Assembly (NCBI GenBank): GCA_963717465.1
Contig: OY970340.1
Span: 2,272,001-2,336,000 of the forward strand
DNA length: 64,000 nt
Source of the DNA: Candidatus Bathyarchaeota archaeon
GTDB lineage: Archaea; Thermoproteota; Bathyarchaeia; Bathyarchaeales; Bathycorpusculaceae
Direction: 5' to 3'
Positions 61,705 to 64,000 of the stretch are shown in pieces. Under the pieces are notes generated by a model, which was given only the letters and a program-made list of their open reading frames with translations, made no database searches and was not told where the DNA came from. The position numbers were made by a program, and so were the translations under genes. How positions within the stretch are numbered: the stretch's first letter is position 1; each line of letters begins with the position of its first letter.

Positions 61705-62883
61705 TTGAAAATAAACAAACAATCGAAAAAACACCAAAAAACTCTGAATCTTGTATTGCTATGCATATCAGCATTTTTCTCTCAGGCATGCATATTCTCG
61801 TACTACGGTCAAATTGCTAATCAGGCATTGTCATCTGAATTCAATGCTCCCGCTGCCGTAGCAACGCTGCTTCCAATTGCTCCGGGCATTGTAGGAATAT
61901 TCGCGCTCGTCCTTGTTGGAGTCTCGCTGATAGGAGTGGCAGAAGGAAAGAATTGGTTATGTTTGGCCTAGTGTTTGCAATAATATTCAACGGTCTATTG
62001 GCTCTATCAACTAATTGGCCTGAACTGCTAATATTTCAAACCCATAGGTGGAGGAGTATACACTTCAGTCATGCTCCTTTTCGTCGTATTCTTCATTTAT
62101 CAGCTTCTGGAAAAAAGAGGCATGGCGGTTGGATTGTACATGGGACTGTCGACTTTAGGCTCATTCATTTTTGCTATATTCGGCGGTATTTGGGCACAAA
62201 CCATCGGATACTATATACTTTACTGGGCTGGAGCTATTCTCGGCGTCTTAACACTAATATTTCTCCTACCGGTGAACATACCACGCGTTAAAGCAGCAGG
62301 TGTATCAACCGCAGGGTTCGGAAAAGCCATCACTAATCGCGCGTATATTATCCTGGAATATTATGGCTTCTCAGCAGCTTTGGAGTCGTCGCATATCAAG
62401 CAGCAAGTCAGGTGGTTCTGAAAAATCCATCAGGTTATGGAGCAAATCTTCCTGCATCAGATCTAATTTTCATCGGACTTCTATTCGCAGCCGCTAGCGT
62501 ACTAACCGCACTTGGAATGCTCTTTGGAGGCGAACTGACAGACAAGATTGGACCTAGAAGGATAATGGTTATAGGTGGCTTGGTGGCAGGAGTAATAGCA
62601 TTAGCATTTCCGTTCGTCACAGCACCGATAACTATTCTGGCTCGTTGGATTATTCTGGGCGTTGGCATATTCAACGCCAGCAGCTTCTGCGACCGCCAGC
62701 GTAGGACGTGAGCTAGCAGGAACAGCCGTTAATACTGTCATTGCGTTCTCATCGATAGGTTCAGTTCTTGGCGCAATTGTTGTGGGGATATTGTTAGCAT
62801 ATGGCTGGACAACAGCATCTCTCGCTGTATCAATTGTTATATTAGCATTTGGCATAATTGCGTTTGGTACACCAAAAACTTAA
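61705..62883 (+). CDS. MFS transporter broken by several frameshifts
   Basis: Successive hydrophobic fragments; GELTDKIGPRR motif A. Confidence 0.75.
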
Positions 62884-62991
62884 AAAAACAGAAACACATT
62901 GATTGAACTTTTCTCTAATTACCAATTTTTTTATTTTATTATAAAAAAAATTTTTAAATTTGCTAACATAAACTGGCCCTATTTACGTGTT

Positions 62992-63122
62992 GAGACTGTG
63001 TGAAAACTATTTTTTGCTTTGAAAAGTTGCAATGTTTGTCTGAAAAATTAAGTGTTAGCGGGTATTTTTAAACATTGAAAGACGCAATTTTCAGAAATGT
63101 TTTTGACTTTTCACACAGTCTC
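62992..63122. mobile_element. 131-bp MITE with 15-bp terminal inverted repeats and 4-bp target duplication
   Basis: GAGACTGTGTGAAAA ... TTTTCACACAGTCTC flanked by TGTT on both sides. Confidence 0.85.
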
Positions 63123-63788
63123 TGTTAATAAATATGAGATTAAATCAATTTTTTATAAATTTTCCTGTCGAAATAGGGCTTGAAATTCTTAGTAACTTTT
63201 CAGTTTCTTTTTTACGATACCAAAAAGTCGAAGTCACCTTCATTGCTTTAAATCCCAATTGCTTCAATCTCTTATCTTAACCAGCTTAAGATTCCTTTTA
63301 TATGACTACTAATCGCTTGAAGTAAATTAATACCGTATGGTTTGCTAATTTTTCATTAAAATATCCAACTTCTGCATATTATTTTATCTTATTTCTAAAG
63401 ATTGAATTTTCCTGCGATAACGTAAAATACCTATTTTTTGAATTATTATTTTCTCGCGCATCCTATGACTACTTATGTCCACTTTCTAAATTCCTATTTG
63501 AGATAAAAATTTAATATCGCACATTTGAATAACGGCGCACGTCAATTAAAGTTGATTGCTAAAGAATTTAAGCACCGCTTGCTTTTTCGAATCTCCTAAA
63601 TTTAAAATTGAATAAAAATTTTTTATAATCCAATTCAAGTTTAGTGGTTTTTATGTTAAAAAATACATGTTGAAAAATTTGATAAATTAAATTTTAAACA
63701 AAAAAGAGTCGAAAAAGCGTATAAACAAATATCAAGAGAATAATCGATTCGTTGACTTGCGCAAAGCTTAGCGGAGGTGAAAAAATTG

Positions 63789-64000
63789 ATGAGAAAATAT
63801 AAAGTATTAATAGGCTTTGCATTTCTTGTATTTGCAATTGCAATGACACCTTTTGTTTATGCCTTACAAGTATGGGAGGATAACTGTACTGGCAACCAAG
63901 GAACGCTTTGGGATAACGGGTCCGGTTATACATATTCTGGCGGCGAATTACATATAACTAATGCGAATACACTGCTATTATCAGAACCATTTTTTACCAA
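63789..64000 (+). CDS. Secreted protein, 5' part only (runs off the window)
   Basis: GGAGGTGA Shine-Dalgarno; signal peptide MRKYKVLIGFAFLVFAIAMTPFVYA; frame open to the end. Confidence 0.7.
   Translation, partial: MRKYKVLIGFAFLVFAIAMTPFVYALQVWEDNCTGNQGTLWDNGSGYTYSGGELHITNANTLLLSEPFFT

Overview
AT-rich archaeal chromosomal window, most likely Bathyarchaeia (inferred from gene content: TFB, TFS, aIF1, Tsr3, Cren7-like protein, BHB-type tRNA intron, Hdr/Etf/MttB set). Many genes are split by single-base indels, often in homopolymers, which suggests an unpolished long-read assembly. From left to right: (1) a minus-strand biosynthesis-like cluster (wHTH, GT2, PaaK-like ligase, two GNATs, B12 radical SAM, divergent HemB, methyltransferase) with a structured leader; (2) housekeeping genes (G1 peptidase, PadR, Nnr, Tsr3, LysE, Macro) and a C/D-box guide RNA predicted to target 23S Gm2251; (3) an 11-kb heterodisulfide reductase cluster (3 HdrA types, 2 HdrB, 2 HdrC, MvhD-ferredoxin) followed by RamA, OsmC, EtfAB, an HdrD-like protein and SCP2; (4) TRAM genes, a second C/D RNA, and two head-to-head TFB paralogs sharing a perfect 160-bp inverted repeat around tRNA-Gly (non-canonical intron) and an integrase relic; (5) aIF1, tRNA-Asn and a non-pyrrolysine MttB/corrinoid module; (6) a decayed provirus-like island with a ParB-ABC ATPase-GNAT module; (7) flavodoxin-rubredoxin, TFS, an IS200-type element and a MITE. 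No CRISPR array or rRNA was seen. All assignments come from reading motifs by eye; no database search was run.
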